Shown piece after piece: positions 49,270-63,379 of a stretch of 64,000 nucleotides of DNA. The stretch's first letter is position 1. Each line of letters opens with the position of its first letter. Origin of the DNA: Octopus vulgaris (taxonomy: Eukaryota); assembly GCA_951406725.2 (NCBI GenBank), contig OX597839.1:9920001-9984000 (forward strand), in the 5' to 3' direction. The notes beneath the pieces were generated by a model that did no database searches, had not been told where the DNA came from, and was given only the letters and a program-made list of their open reading frames with translations. The position numbers were made by a program, and so were the translations under genes.

Positions 49270-51376
49270 CTAAGACAAAAGACATATCAAGAATTCTCTA
49301 AAAAAAACCCTGAAGAGTTTTTAAACACGTTACTATAGTTACTTATAATACAAAGAGATGCAACTAAATACCATTTGGTATTTTTGTCTGGAACCATATT
49401 GATCCTCTCATCTATTGTTCTAAAGATCCCTTTATAAATAGTGATCAACTACAGTCCTAATAAACAGATATAATTACATACAGTCCAGATCACACATGAT
49501 TAAAACATGTGTTACCATATTTCTGAGGAAATACACTGATTTATCTTTCAGTGAACTTTGGAAATATTTTTTGACTGGAGACTGTTGGTGCTGCCACCTA
49601 CTGTTGCTTTCACAGTAAGAGAGGCAAAGAGAGTTTACTAAGGAATAAAAGAGAGGGTGAAGGTTTCCTTTAAGGAGAGAGAACTATTTCAGAGTTTCTA
49701 ATTTTTATTTATTATTATTACAAAATCAAAATCGAAATCGATCAACATCAATGGAAATTGTAGTTGTGATACCAGTGCTGGTGGCACGTAAGAGAACCAT
49801 CCAAACGTGGCCACTGCCAGTGCCGCCCCAACTGGCCTTCGTGCTGGTGGCACATAAAGAGAACTATCCGATCGTGGCCGTTGCCAGCCCCGTCTGGCAC
49901 CTGTGCTGGTGACACGTAAAAAACACCCACTACACTCATGGAATGGTTGGCGTTAGGAAGGGCATCCAGCCGTAGAAACATTGCCAGATCAGACTGGGCC
50001 TGGTGCAGTCTTCTGGCTTCCCAGACCCAAGTTGAACCGTCCAACCCATGCCAGCATGGAAAGCGGATGCTAAACGATGATGATGATGATTATGAGAGGT
50101 CTTTTTCTTATGAGAGCACATAAGAATTATAACCCATTTTTTTCTTTTTAGGTGTGCTAGTAGTTATAGATAATGCTATTTCACCTTTCTTATGCACTCC
50201 TCAGTACAACACAGTTGTATCATTATTAAACCAGAAACATAAGTTAACATGAAAATTGATGGAAGGTTCTAATTTATTTTACTTTTAAATAGGAAGCTTG
50301 TATCATAGAATGAGGTGTAATCTCAAATGGGCTGGTGTCAAAATGATTAATGTGGAGGCACATGGCTTAGTGGTTCAAGCAGCGGACTCACGGTCGAGGG
50401 ATCGCGGGTTCGAATCTCAGACCGGGCGATATGTGTGTTTATGAGCGAAACACCTAAGCTCCACGCGGATCCGGCAGAAGGTAATGGCGAACTTCTGCTG
50501 ACTCTTTCGCCACAACTTTCTCTCACTCTTTCCTCCTGCATCTTGCAGCTCACCTGCGACGGACCGGCGTCCTGTCCAGGTGAGGAACCTATACGCCAAG
50601 GAAACCGGGAAACCGGCCCTTATGAGCCAGGCATGGCTCGAGAAGGAACAAACAAAATGATTAATAACACATTCCAGTCATTCTTGCAAATATTATTTAA
50701 AACTGGATTATCACACGATAACAAACATACTCAGAGGTGGGCATGTAGCCATGGATGGAGGGTGGGGTATGGCATGCTTCAGACACTTTAGGGACAACAG
50801 GTTGCTTTCATCATCTGAGGCTGCTAAAGAGGCTTTAGACTATTTCCTTTGATTTAGTGGTATGTGAAAACATATGGGTTATTAGAAACATGTGTGTGCA
50901 CATGTGTACGTACTATAGAACTGGTCAGTATTGAAAGCAATGCCTTCTTAATTTCCTACGGAGAAATAAACTGGAGACAAATTTATGTGTGGGGGGGGTG
51001 TCTAAAAGCATTGACTACTTTATCTCTGACAACAAAAATCTTTTAAGTACACATTTGTGTGTGTGTGTGCATATACACACACACACATATATATAGAGAG
51101 AGATTTACGGTACTGGTAATGCACACACACACACACACACACACATGTATATATACTCTTTATTCTTTTACTTGTTTCAGTCATTTGACTGCGGCCATGC
51201 TGGAGCACTGCCTTTAATCGAGCAACTTGACCCCGGAACTTATTCTTTTGTAAGCCCAGTATTTATTCTATTGGTCTCTTTTGCCGAACCGAGTAACAGA
51301 GACATAAACACACCAGCATCGGTTGTCAAGCAATGCTAGGGGGACAAACACAGATCCACAAACACACACACGCATA

Positions 51377-51418
<42 letters not shown>

Positions 51419-52149
51419 TACGACGGGTTTCTTTCAGTTTCTGTCTACCAAATCCACTCACAAGGCTTTGGTTGGCCCGAGGCTATAGTAGGAGACACTT
51501 TGCCCAAGGTGCCATGCAGTGGGACTGAAACCAGAACCATGTGGTTGGTAAGCAAGCTACTTACCACACAGCCACAAACAGAGATGAAAATTAACAAGTC
51601 ATTTTATTCCCACCAATCAGGAATTATTATTGAGTTTGTGAATTCAGGAAAATGGTAAGGAAAAATTTCCATCATTGGTATTTTGAGCTTACAATTTGAA
51701 TTTTTCTGAAATATACATTCAGAAAGGCTTTTTCAGCTGAGAAAATTCACAGAATAATTTTTGTTTCTATTTGAACATATTATCCAAAAGTTTATACTGA
51801 AATCTTTTTGTGTTTTATTAAAAAGGCACAAAATCTAAAGAAATTGTCGAAAAAATTTGCTTGAACAGAAATTGCTTTGAGTTTAATTCATAAATACATT
51901 AATTTTAAGAAATTGTTACACTTACTATGATACTCTGCCTTAGAATTATTGCAGATTTCAATGCTCACGCAAACTGTTTTGAAGCCACCCTAAGCATCAA
52001 AGTCTGGTAACAAACCCAAATACAGAACCAGAGTACTGACCCTAAAATTTACAAATTTATAAAGCTTGGTTTCTTATGCCACACACAACTCACTTTGTCA
52101 TTACATATATATAAACCTTTGAGCCATTTAGTTAATTGGCTAAATCAGT

Positions 52150-52950
52150 TGCTGTCTGAACTACATGTGTAAGCATACATTTCCAAACAGAATATGATGA
52201 GACTCAGGATACTTGGATGTTTATTATTGTACTGCCTTTCCAAATATGTTGTAAAGCAGTCATTCTTGAATTTTCAATTTGATTCATCTAATGCTAAACA
52301 GAAGGGAATTGCAAACAAAGAAGTTTCGCAGCTCAAGGAAGATAGTATCAGTTTTGCAGTCTTTGACTCCCTCATTGGATGATCAGTGCAGCCAGTTCTA
52401 GCAAAGCTTGATCCAAAGATTTATGGAAATCAGAAATGTGACTTACTCTTTCCTCCTGCATCTTGCAGCTCACCAGCGACGGGCCGGCGTCCTATCCAGG
52501 TGGGGAACTTATACGCCAAGAAACCGGGAAACCGGCCCTTATGAGCCAGGCATGGCTCGAGAAGGAACAAACAACAAACAACAGTTTTGTTATCCTCAAA
52601 AGGTTGGATCGTTATAACATCCACTCAGTATCACAATATAATTACTATAAAGGGAACAACAACAGCATTTATCAACAGTCTGTCTTCAATTTTGCAAAAT
52701 GATCAATTGAGCAAAAACTGTAACTATATCAATCTAATTGTTGATATTGTGCATTTTCTTTGGACAAACGAATTGCCTTTTTGAAGAATTGTAAATGAAG
52801 CTTTTGAGGATCTTTTTTTGAAAGGTGAGATGCAGCCTTGTGGTCTTTTTATGAAATTATTCCAATACGCATTAGAGAAAGACTCAAAGCTAATGGAATG
52901 TTACAGCATGATTCCAAAGAATGTGACCTATACCTCAGCAGCAACACTGA
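52150..52950 (+). pseudogene. hAT (ZMYM1/DUF4371-type) transposase remnant interrupted by SINE F
   Basis: YINLIVDIVHFLWTNELPF*R...GLFMKLFQYALEKDSKL...PKNVTYTS. Confidence 0.7.
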
Positions 52951-54635
52951 AAAAAAAAAATGTTCAAAAAAACAGATTATCTCTCACACTATGTGTAAAT
53001 TTTACAGATCCATCTCAGCTAACCTGATAAAAATGGGAGCCAAATCAATCTTGAATCACACCCGGCCATTTTAAAACTGAAAAGGAGTAGTCAGAAAATG
53101 TACACTGAAGTATACCAACTAAAAAGACAGGATGGTCATACCTATTTCTTTACTACCCACAAGGGGCTAAACACAGAGAGGACAAACAAAAACAGACAAA
53201 CGGATTAAGTCGATTATATCAACCCCAGTGCGTAACTGGTACTTATTTAATCGACCCTGAAAGGATGAAAAGCAAAGTTGACCTCAGCGGAATTTGAACT
53301 CAGAACGTAGCGGCAGATGAAATACCGTTAAGCATTTTGACCGAGGCGCGATAATGTTTTTGCCAGAATGCCGCCTTAAGATGGTCATACCTAGCCTCTG
53401 CTCACAACAGCAAAAAATATAATCATTAGTCTTTAGTCCTTTGTCTTAAATATTTAGTCTTCTTAGATTCATTTTTAATCCTTAGTACAAAGATTTTAAT
53501 TCTTAGTCCATCAGCCATCGGTCCATCCAAGCTCACCATATGTGTCTCTGAGTTGCAAAGGTTTCCTTTGGTTTCTTTGACAAGTTTTTAATATTTTTTT
53601 ATGAGAAGCCACTATCCCTTAGTTCAACCATTTCCTTCTTATCCAGGCTTGAGAGTAGCAGGTGTCCATTTCAATGACCAGGTGAAGATACTGATGATAC
53701 AGGTGAAGATACTGATACCGATTGGGAGAGAGAGAGAGAGATCCCTTAGCATTATCATCTTGTTTCATTAATCTCAGAAGGATCAAAGACAAAGTTGACC
53801 TCACACAGGATCCGAACCTGTAACGTAAAAGCTAGAACAAAAACTACACGGGATTTGTGGAATGCTTTAACATGTTGGCCAGCCAATCACTTCCAATGAA
53901 TAAAAAAGCCTAAAAGAGAGAAAACTAGAAGGAGAAGGAGAGGAATCAACTTGAACACAAGGAAGAAAAACAAAGTTGACTTCACACAGGATTTGAACTC
54001 AGAACATGTAGAGCATTTTGGCACAAGGCAAATTTTGAGGGAGGGGCTAAGTCAATTAAATCAACTCCAGTGCTCAACTGGTACTTATTTTATCAACCTT
54101 AAGAGATTGAAGGGCATAGTCAATCTCAGTGGAATTTGAACTCAGAACAGATGAAATGCTGCTATGCATTTTGCCTGGTATTTTACTTACTTACTTACTT
54201 GTTTCAGTCATTTGACTGTGGCCATGCTGGAGCACCACCTTTAGTCGAGCAAAATATTCTTTGTAAGCCTAGTACTTTTTCTATTGGTCTCTTTTGCCGA
54301 ACCACTAAGTTACGGGGACGTAAACACACCAGCATCGGTTGTCAAGTGATGGTGGGGGACAAACACAGACACACACATATACATATATACAATGGGCTTC
54401 TTTCAGTTTCCGTCAACCAAATCCACTCATAAGGCATTGGTCGGCTCGAGGCTTTAGCAGAAGACACTTGCCCAAGGTGCCATGCAGTGGGAATGAACCT
54501 GGAACTATGTGGTTGGTAAGCAAGCTACTTACCACACAGCCACTTCTGCGCCTATTTATATTATATATTTTTAGAATATATAATATATATATGGCAGTGG
54601 CAGCAGCAGCAGCAGTAATAGTAATAATAATGATA

Positions 54636-54685
<50 letters not shown>

Positions 54686-55452
54686 CGTTTCTACTATATG
54701 TACAAACCCTGAAATTTTGTGTGGAGGGATTGATTACACTGGCCCCAGTACTCAACTGGTACATATTTTATCAGCCTGAAGGGTTGAAAGGCTAAGTCGA
54801 CCTCGGTGGTGTTTCAACACAGAACATAAGGACGGCTGAATTGCTACTAAACATGTTACCTGACATGCTAATGATTCTGCCAGTTCACTGCCTTAGCTAG
54901 GACCAAGCATGCAAGCAATTTCTCCAACATGAATATTTGTCTTATGAAGAAAGGCTGAAGACGCTCGACCTTTATTTTTCTTGAAAAACGCCGCCGCCGT
55001 TGTGATCTCATTCTTGCTCAGAACATCATAAGCAGAAAGTGTAACCTTCGAAAGAGCTGTTCTTCACTCCTGCTCCAGAGCGTCGGCTGCGGGTCACTCC
55101 GAAAAGCTCTATCTGCGACGATTTCATCTCAATTGAAAGAGAGGGGCTTTCTCCATCCGGGTTGCGGATCCGTGGAATAAGCTGCCGGATGAGATAGTGA
55201 AGATGCCGACGACCGCTCAGTTCAAAGTTTCCCTTGACCACAAGTGGCCTGAACTCTTTACATGAACACCACCCTGTAGATAACTCCATGTCCCCCTACA
55301 TGGCCTTGTTTTTTGCTTTTTGAGCCAAAAAATTAACTAACTAACATTTCAGTTAATTAACCATCTTCAAAAATTAAAAAGCCAAAAAGAGAATGAGAGA
55401 GAGAGAGAGACAGACAGAGACAGAGAGACAGACAGAGAGAGAAAATATTTAC

Positions 55453-55723
55453 CTAACATTTTTGGAGTGTCTGATAGATATCCACTGTCTGGAGAACAAC
55501 CTGATTGTAAGGTAAGCCCTGTCTCTGATGTCTTCTTTGACAAAGAGGGAGAAGATCTGTCAACAACTTTACTGCCTGAATTTGAACTTTCAGCACCTTT
55601 CTGGGGTGTTTTCTTTAAAATGGGATTGCCAACCTTCTTTGAGGCATATGCATTTTGAGACTGTCCTACTTTCGACACTGGGGTCGTATTCAAGGAGACA
55701 AAACTCCAGTGCTTTGCCGGTTG
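55453..55723 (-). CDS. Unknown gene, exon (271 nt)
   Basis: tttgttgtag|CAA CCG; QPAKHWSFVSLNTTPVSK...SPDSGYLSDTPKML; TAG|gtaaat (phase 0 to 1). Confidence 0.82.
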
Positions 55724-57405
55724 CTACAACAAACAAAAAGATATAAATCTGCTATATGCAATTGAGTTGGTACTTTCTTAAAACAGCCAGCTATGTACCA
55801 TATTTAATGTATATGAAGGGGTGCTAAAAAGTTCCTGGTGTCGGGTGAAAGAAAATACAGGAGGATCAGTTAATTATGATTTTACAACATGTTGCTCTCT
55901 CAGATTCACACACTTATTGCAGGAACAAAACCCTTACATTAATCTTTAGCACGCTGAAGGAGAAAGTTTTCTCCCCTCTCAATGTGATACCACATGCCTG
56001 AAGCACGAACAATTATGGTGGTGCCATGAAGTAAACAAGCTTCAGGTACACTTGTTTATTGAAACAAACGTAACTGAGATGAAATATGTCATAAATAACA
56101 GTGACAAACGAAATATACACCGCTGGAAGTTGTTGTTGACAAACAACAGCAGTAATTTTATTCAGCTGAATACACATCATTGATTGGTTGAAATTACCGA
56201 AATACAACTTTAACAAAAAATAACTTCCAAAATATAGAATTTTCTCAACAACGCCAAGAGTAAAAGATGTTTTATGTGACACATTCTACAAGTATATGAA
56301 GTTTGAAAGGGTTTAGTTACAAAAAATTTTTTTTTTAATCTGTCGGTCAAAAGGTAAAGACCTATATTTTCATTAAAAATTTTTTAAATATTACTTATTA
56401 AAAAGCAGTAATGACATAAAACAATGAAGAAATTTTCGTTTTTAAATCAAGGAAATTTATATTAAATCTCCTTTTTAATTTTATTTTAGAAATTTACATG
56501 ATGGGGTTTATAAGTTTCCAATGATTCCATGAAGGAGTCAATAATAGAAATCTTCTTGACTCATCTTAGAAAGCTTATTAACCCATATATGCCCCTGGTT
56601 GCATTTTCACAACTCAAAAACCTGCTCCTGCTTGTTTGGATATGAACTCACTGGGAAACATCTGACTGAGCATATGAAATGTTCAGTAGGTAGCCAACAC
56701 TTGTAGCTACTAAAATTTGCATAATGTCCTTCTCTTCCAGATTTAGGGAACTGTTTTTTAACTTTATAAAAATTGTTTATAGCCATGTCATTTCTTTAGA
56801 TTTAGTATTTTAACTCTGTCAGTAAGGTGTTTTACCACATAGTTTTGAAATATTTCGATTTTGAAATTATGGAGATGTACTTGCATAGTGAGTGACTTGA
56901 TCTGAGATCGTGTGCTGGAACGAAAACAATTGCAGCATGGAAGGTGTTTATAAGCCATTTAAGAAACACACAAAACCATTAGATTCACTTCGACATTTAA
57001 ATTTAATTTAAATGCAGCACAAAGTTTTGTCAGTGAACAGGTCGTGGTCTCAAAGCGATGAAAATATTTTGACAAATTAAATTTAAATGATGAAGTGAAT
57101 CTAACGGATTTGTGTGTTTCTTAAATGGCTTATAAACACCTTCCACGCTGTAACTGATTTTGAAATTGTTTTCAGACAAGGAAACATATATAATCATATA
57201 CAAGTGCAGGGTTAGGGGTAGGGACAAATAAATGTGATGTACTTTAACTATATATCAAACTGTGAAGTTTTAATTGGTAGCACAAACCTAAAATAAGGCC
57301 TAGTATTATATTACAACTTCCCAAGATCTGCAAGCTATAGGCTTCAACTTGCCTCTACTCATTACATAAGGCATACAGCATATGATGGAAAGTAAAATTA
57401 CTTAC

Positions 57406-57434
57406 TGGTGGTTTTCTGATCCAGGGTGAGTAAT
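57406..57434 (-). CDS. Unknown gene, 29-nt microexon
   Basis: tttttctttatag|AT TAC TCA CCC TGG ATC AGA AAA CCA CCA|gtaagt (phase 1 to 0); needed to keep the frame. Confidence 0.78.
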
Positions 57435-57479
57435 CTATAAAGAAAAATAAAATATTTGTTATAGAACTTGGTAGAACAA

Positions 57480-58500
57480 GTTGTTTAATGGTTCAATATT
57501 GGTTCTGATTGGGTTAGTGTTGGCTACGACTGGACAGTGGCTGGATTACAGTTTGGTCATAACTGGATTGTGGTAAAATTATTATTGGTTATAGTAGGAT
57601 TGTGGTTGTGGGATCTTTTTGGTTTGAACGGCAGTTTTTTCTAGTGGTGTCATATGAAATTGTCACCCATAATTATGACCCTAGTACCAATCTATTGCAT
57701 TTCAATCTGTTTTAGGAATTGGGTTAGAGTTAGGGTTAGGGGTGGGGGGAATGGTATCTTTTTTTCTTCACAAATGTAAATAAACCCAATCTGTTTCTTA
57801 AACGAGACACATATTCATACGGCACAGAATGGTTTCACCTCAATAGACGTCATTGATTGGTTGAAATTGCAGAAATTGAAGCAAAAAAACAACAAATATC
57901 TTACAAACTATAGAATTTTTCTCAATGAAGCCAAGAGAAAAAGATGTTTTATAAACACATTCTACCAGTATATGAAGTTTAAAAGTGTTTAGTTACGTGG
58001 AAATTATTTTAAAAAACTGCCGGTCAAACCAAAAATATCCTAATTGTGTTCATATTAGAACAGCATTACAACTGGATTAATGTTAGTTATACAAAGACTG
58101 AGATTATGGTAGTATTAACTGATCTGTGATTGGATTATAGTTGGCTATAATTGAATTGTGATTGGATATCTATTGGTTACAAGTAAAGTGACTGGGTTAG
58201 TGTTAGTTATAAACTGGACTATGATATAGTTTCTCTTAATCCTAAAAGAATTTCAACCACTGGGTTAAAACTGGTCTTTAATTGTTATACTGTCAGTTAC
58301 AACTGATATGTGACTTAGTTACAGCTATGACTGGGTTACTGTTGGTTACAACTAAACTGTGAATAGGTTATTGTGGATTAAAACCAGATGGTGATTGAGT
58401 TACAGTAAGTAAATCTGGAAAGTGATTGGGTTAATGTTCATTATAACTAGAGTATGACTGATTTAGTCTTGCTTATAACAGGAATTTTACTGGTATTCTA
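57480..58500. repeat. Degenerate minisatellite (GGTTACAACTGGACTGTGATT-like) interrupted by a MITE
   Basis: Recurrent ~30-bp motif; echoes near 60690-60770. Confidence 0.65.
57611..58040. mobile_element. Merlin-type MITE family D
   Basis: Family TIRs; degenerate TSD tggttgtg/taattgtg. Confidence 0.85.
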
Positions 58501-58507
58501 TTAGTTA

Positions 58508-58872
58508 CTAGCACTATGACCCAGCAACGCCAGGTCATAGTGCTAGTGCATGCATATACAGCTGTGTGCGTGCGCACATACACGCGAGTACTGTCCAAAT
58601 CTCCGACCAATTACATACAGCTAGCTGGCATTCAATTGGCGTGTCAAGTTTCGGGCATTTTGATTGGGTTTTGGATAGAAAATTCACAAAAAAGTCACTT
58701 CTATTGATTTTTTTAATGGCTTTGCAGGGTAACTGGGGAAATGTAAAGATGTACACGACCACCCTTGGACGGTTTTGAATGACCATAGAAAGTGCGAGCC
58801 CTCTAACTGAAAAATTGTGGATTTGTATAAAGGACACACACACAGACATTTTGCTGTTTATATATAGAGAGA
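58508..58872 (-). mobile_element. Non-autonomous Helitron
   Basis: Same family as 32408-32750. Confidence 0.85.
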
Positions 58873-59962
58873 TTACTATCATTGGGTTACTACTGTGAGT
58901 TGCCTTTTAGTCAGGTGAGACAGGCTCTTTACAAAACCTCTGAGACAGGTGGGACAGAGGAAGGAGGACAGTATCTTCAAACGAGAGACTTTTCTTGAAT
59001 ACTTGTAACAGAATGGACTTCCCTAAAGACACCTAAGAATTAGATGGTGGTGTTCGACTGGGTAATGAATTATCTACCACCCACATAAGACATAGTGGAA
59101 TTAGAACTTGGAATACAAACAGCCAGAATAAATACCATCAGGGGTCTCCTCTAATGAACTAACACTTCCATCAATCCACAACTTTAAACTTTACTTATCA
59201 ATCCTGTAGGAATGATATTCAAAGTTGACCTCAGTAAGATTTGAACTCAGAATGCAAAGTACTGGAATAAACATTGCAAGGTAATTCATCCAACACACCA
59301 ATGGTTCTGTAAATTTCCACCTTATTATAATATAATATAATGAAATTATTGTATACAGTGCTCAGGTGCACCACAACTTTTCAAACAGTGCGTATAAAGT
59401 GTATGCAGTAATGTACAAATGTCTGGAAAGCAAACAGTGTATGAGTCAGATACATGCTTGCGTGTGTATGGAGGGGAGAAAATCAGGTGTAGTGTTGGCG
59501 AATCTCAGGACGTGTGGAAGTTTTGAAGGATGCAGTGCTCCGACAACTAACAACTGATGCCGGCAGTCTGTTCCATGCTTCAGCAACTCTTAGCGTGAAA
59601 AAATGCTTCCAAAAGTCATGGGAGCTGTGCTGTTTTCTGACTTTGTAAACATGTCCACGGGTGTTAGACAGGTGGAGTTTGAAAAGGTGCTCAGAGTTAT
59701 TGTTTGTAAGATGGTTAATAATTTTATGGGTGTCTGCCAAGTCAGCTGCCAGACGTCAGTAATCAGATTAAGATTAAGTGGAAAATGATTACATCAGTCT
59801 CAGTTACAGATGGACAGACGTTGGGTCACACTTTGTTATAACTGAACTTGTTTAATCAAAAGCAAGACCATAATTTAAATTTTTAGCGATGTCACTTACA
59901 ACAGAAATTTTATGCAGAGGTGATTATTTCATCATCATCATCAACAACATTTAACATCTGCT

Positions 59963-60368
59963 GGATCTTTTCGGCAGTTTTTAACATAATTTCTAGGTAA
60001 CTAAAAAATTTTAAACTTCGTATACTGGTAGAATATGTTTATAAAACATCTTTTTCTCTTGGCTTTATTGAGAAAATTCTATAGTTTGTAAGATATTTGT
60101 TGTTTTTTTCTTCAATTTCTACAATTTGAACCAATCAATGATGTCTATTGAGGTGAAAACATTCTGTGCCGTATGAATATGTCCCTCGTTTAAGAAACAG
60201 ATTGGGTTTATTTACATTTGTGAAGAAAAAAAGATACCCTTCCTCCCACCCCTAACCTTAACCCTAAAACAGATTGAAATGCAATAGATCGATACTAGGG
60301 TCATAATTATGGGTGACAATTTCATATGACACCGCTAGAAAAAACTGCCGGTCAAACCGAAAAGATCC
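59963..60368. mobile_element. Merlin-type MITE family D inserted in an old family C copy
   Basis: Perfect 8-bp TSD catctgct. Confidence 0.92.
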
Positions 60369-61477
60369 CATCTGCTTTCCATGCTGTCCTGGACTGGACA
60401 GCTTGACAAGAACTAGTAAGACCAGGGGCTACACCAGGATTCCACAGTCTGTTTTGGTTTGGTTTCTATGGCCTGATTCCCCTTCCAAATGCCAACCACT
60501 TTACAGTGTGTACTGGGTGCTTTTTATGCGGCACCAGCACCAGTGCTTTATACATGGAACCTTGATTTTAGGATCTCAATTCTGTTGTAGTAAAAAACTG
60601 CCAGATAGATATGCAGCTAATTATCATCATTGTGTATATTGCATGTACTCAAGCCTTCTGTCAGTCATTCAAATGCTGATCTGTCTATAAGTTATAACTG
60701 GACTGTGATTGCATTAGTGTTACTTATAACTGAACTGTGACTGGAATAGTGTTGGTTACAGCTGGTTGATGAGTGTTTTCTTACCAATTCTTTACTTCTT
60801 TCTACTACAAGTACAAGAATTTTTACTCTAACAGACCTCAGTAATTTTTTTCTTTTTAAAGCCTGGTAATTATTCTATCGGTCCCTTTTTCCATGTTGCT
60901 GTTATAGGAGTATAAGCAACCTAGCACTGGTTGTCAAGCGATTGGAGTAGGGGACAAATACTAAACCACACACACACACACACACATGTATATCTAATTG
61001 GGCACTCCATCAGTTACAACATATTTCTTTATTACCCACAAGGGGCTAAACATAGAGGGAACAAACAAGGATAGAAATAGGTATTAAGTCGATTACATCG
61101 ACCCCAGTGTGTAACTGGTACTTAATTTATTGACCCCGAAAGGATGAAAGGCAGAGTCGACCTCGGCGGAATTTGAACTCAGGATGTAACGACAGACGAA
61201 ATACGGCTATGCATTTTGCCCAGCGTGCTAACGTTTCTGCCAGCTCGCTGCCTTAACAGTTGATCCAACCAATGGAACAACCTGCTCGTGAAAATAATGT
61301 ACAAGTGGCTGAGCACTCCACAGACAAATATACCCGTAATGTAGTTCTCAGGGAGATTCAGCATGACACAAGTCACTTTCAGCAGCTGAGTGGACTGGAG
61401 CAACGTGAAATAAAGTGTCTTCTTCAAGGACACAACATGCTGCTGAATACCCTAACCATTAAGCCACGCACCCTCTA

Positions 61478-61508
<31 letters not shown>

Positions 61509-62287
61509 TTATCTATCTATCTCTCTATCTATCTTATTTCTTATTTCTTTATTACCCTCAAAGGGCTAAACATAGAGGGGACAAACAAGGACAGACAAAG
61601 GAATTAAGTCGAGTAGATCGACCCCAGTGTGTAACTGGTAATTAATTTATCAACCCTGAAAGGATATTTATCTAACACAAACACGATCCTATTGTAATCA
61701 ACAGTAATTTAATTACAGTCCAGTTATAGCCATGGCTACAACTTTGGTGTAGGTATACTAGAACACTTGATGGTCATCAACAGAATGCTTTGGATGGTCA
61801 TGACTAACCTGAACATTAAAGATGAGCAACAACAGCAGTGGAAGTGCAATGGCCCAGTGGTTAGGGCAGCAGACTCACGGTCGGAGGATCGCGGTTTCGG
61901 TTCCCAGACTGGGCGTTGTACTCTTTCGTTCCAACTTTCTCTCACTCTTTCTTCCTGTTTCCTGTCCCTGGCTTCCTACGCAACTGCTAAGCCTGGATAC
62001 GCATTCATCCAGCCGTCGATGCTCTTGGTGTCGGGGGTTGACCTGCTTTCTCTTCTGCGGGTCTTATGAATAGCAAAGGACCACGTTTTGGACTTCTCCC
62101 ACTAGAGAGGCGCGATCTTGCAAGGTCTGGGACGAAGACCGCTTCGCTCAACAGCAACCGCTCGCTCAACAGCAACAACAACACTCTAGCACACACACAT
62201 AATACCATTCAACTGCAGCAATAGGTAATCAAAGGAGTCTATAGAAGAAAGGTGACAAGGTGAAAAGATAAAAGTTCCATGCCATAC

Positions 62288-62487
62288 CATAATGAGGTTC
62301 TGCAGCTTCATAGTTATCCGTATGAAAGTGTTGAGGGTTGTTATAGAAACCTTTTGAAAATGATCGAGTGTGAGAAGGATTTGTGTAAGAGCTGGTGTAA
62401 ATAGATTCATAGGGTTCGGCATGTCTGTGGTCATTGTGGTGGCAATGGTGGTGGTCCTGTTTGATGAAAGAGAAGGAAGTGTGAGAC
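62288..62487 (-). CDS. Unknown gene, His/Tyr-rich exon (most 5' exon found)
   Basis: tacttgccag|G TCT CAC; SHTSFSFIKQDHHHCHHNDHRHAEPY...AAEPHY; ATG|gtatgg (phase 2 to 1). Confidence 0.72.
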
Positions 62488-62515
62488 CTGGCAAGTATAG
62501 TTAAGCACACATGTA

Positions 62516-62551
<36 letters not shown>

Positions 62552-62716
62552 GGCGCAGGAGTGGCTGTGTGGTAAGTAGCTTGCTTACCAACCACATGGT
62601 TCTGGGTTCAGTCCCGCAGAGTAGCACCTTGGGCAAGTGTCTTCTACTCTAGCCTCGGGCCGACCAAAGCCTTGTGAGTGGAGTTTGTAGATGGAAATTG
62701 AAAGAAGCCCATCGTA

Positions 62717-62767
<51 letters not shown>

Positions 62768-62774
62768 ATATGTT

Positions 62775-62813
<39 letters not shown>

Positions 62814-63379
62814 TTACGTTCCTGTAACTTAGCGGTTCGGCAAAAGAGACCAATAGAATAAGTACTGAGGTTTCCAGCCTCCTCTGGCCCCTGTGCCGGT
62901 GGCATGTAAAAAGCACCCACAACACTCACAGAGTGGTTGGCGTTAGGAGGGGCATCCAGCTGTAGAAACATTGCCAGGTCAGACTGGAGCCTGGTGCAGC
63001 CTCCTGGCTTCCCAGACCCTGGTCGAACCGTCCAACCCATGCTAGCATGGAAAATGGATGTTAAATGATGATGATGATGATGATATATATATACATATAT
63101 ATTCTTTTACTTGTTTCAGTCATTTGGTTGCAGCTATACTGGAGTATCGCCTTTAGTCGAATAAATCGATTCTAGGACTTATTCTTTGTAAGCCTAGTAC
63201 TTATTCTGTCAATCTCTTTTGCTAAACTGCTAAGTCACGGGGACGTAAACACACATCGGTTGTCAAGCGATGGAGTGGGGACAAATACAGATACAGACAC
63301 ACAAATATATACATATATATATATATGATTGAATAAGTTGGAGTCAACAAGAAGGAGTACTGTTGGACATTTATTTGCA

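Noticed and set aside
58900-59035. Possible extra exon of the unknown gene
   Set aside because: The required phase-1 frame hits a stop and no good donor was found.
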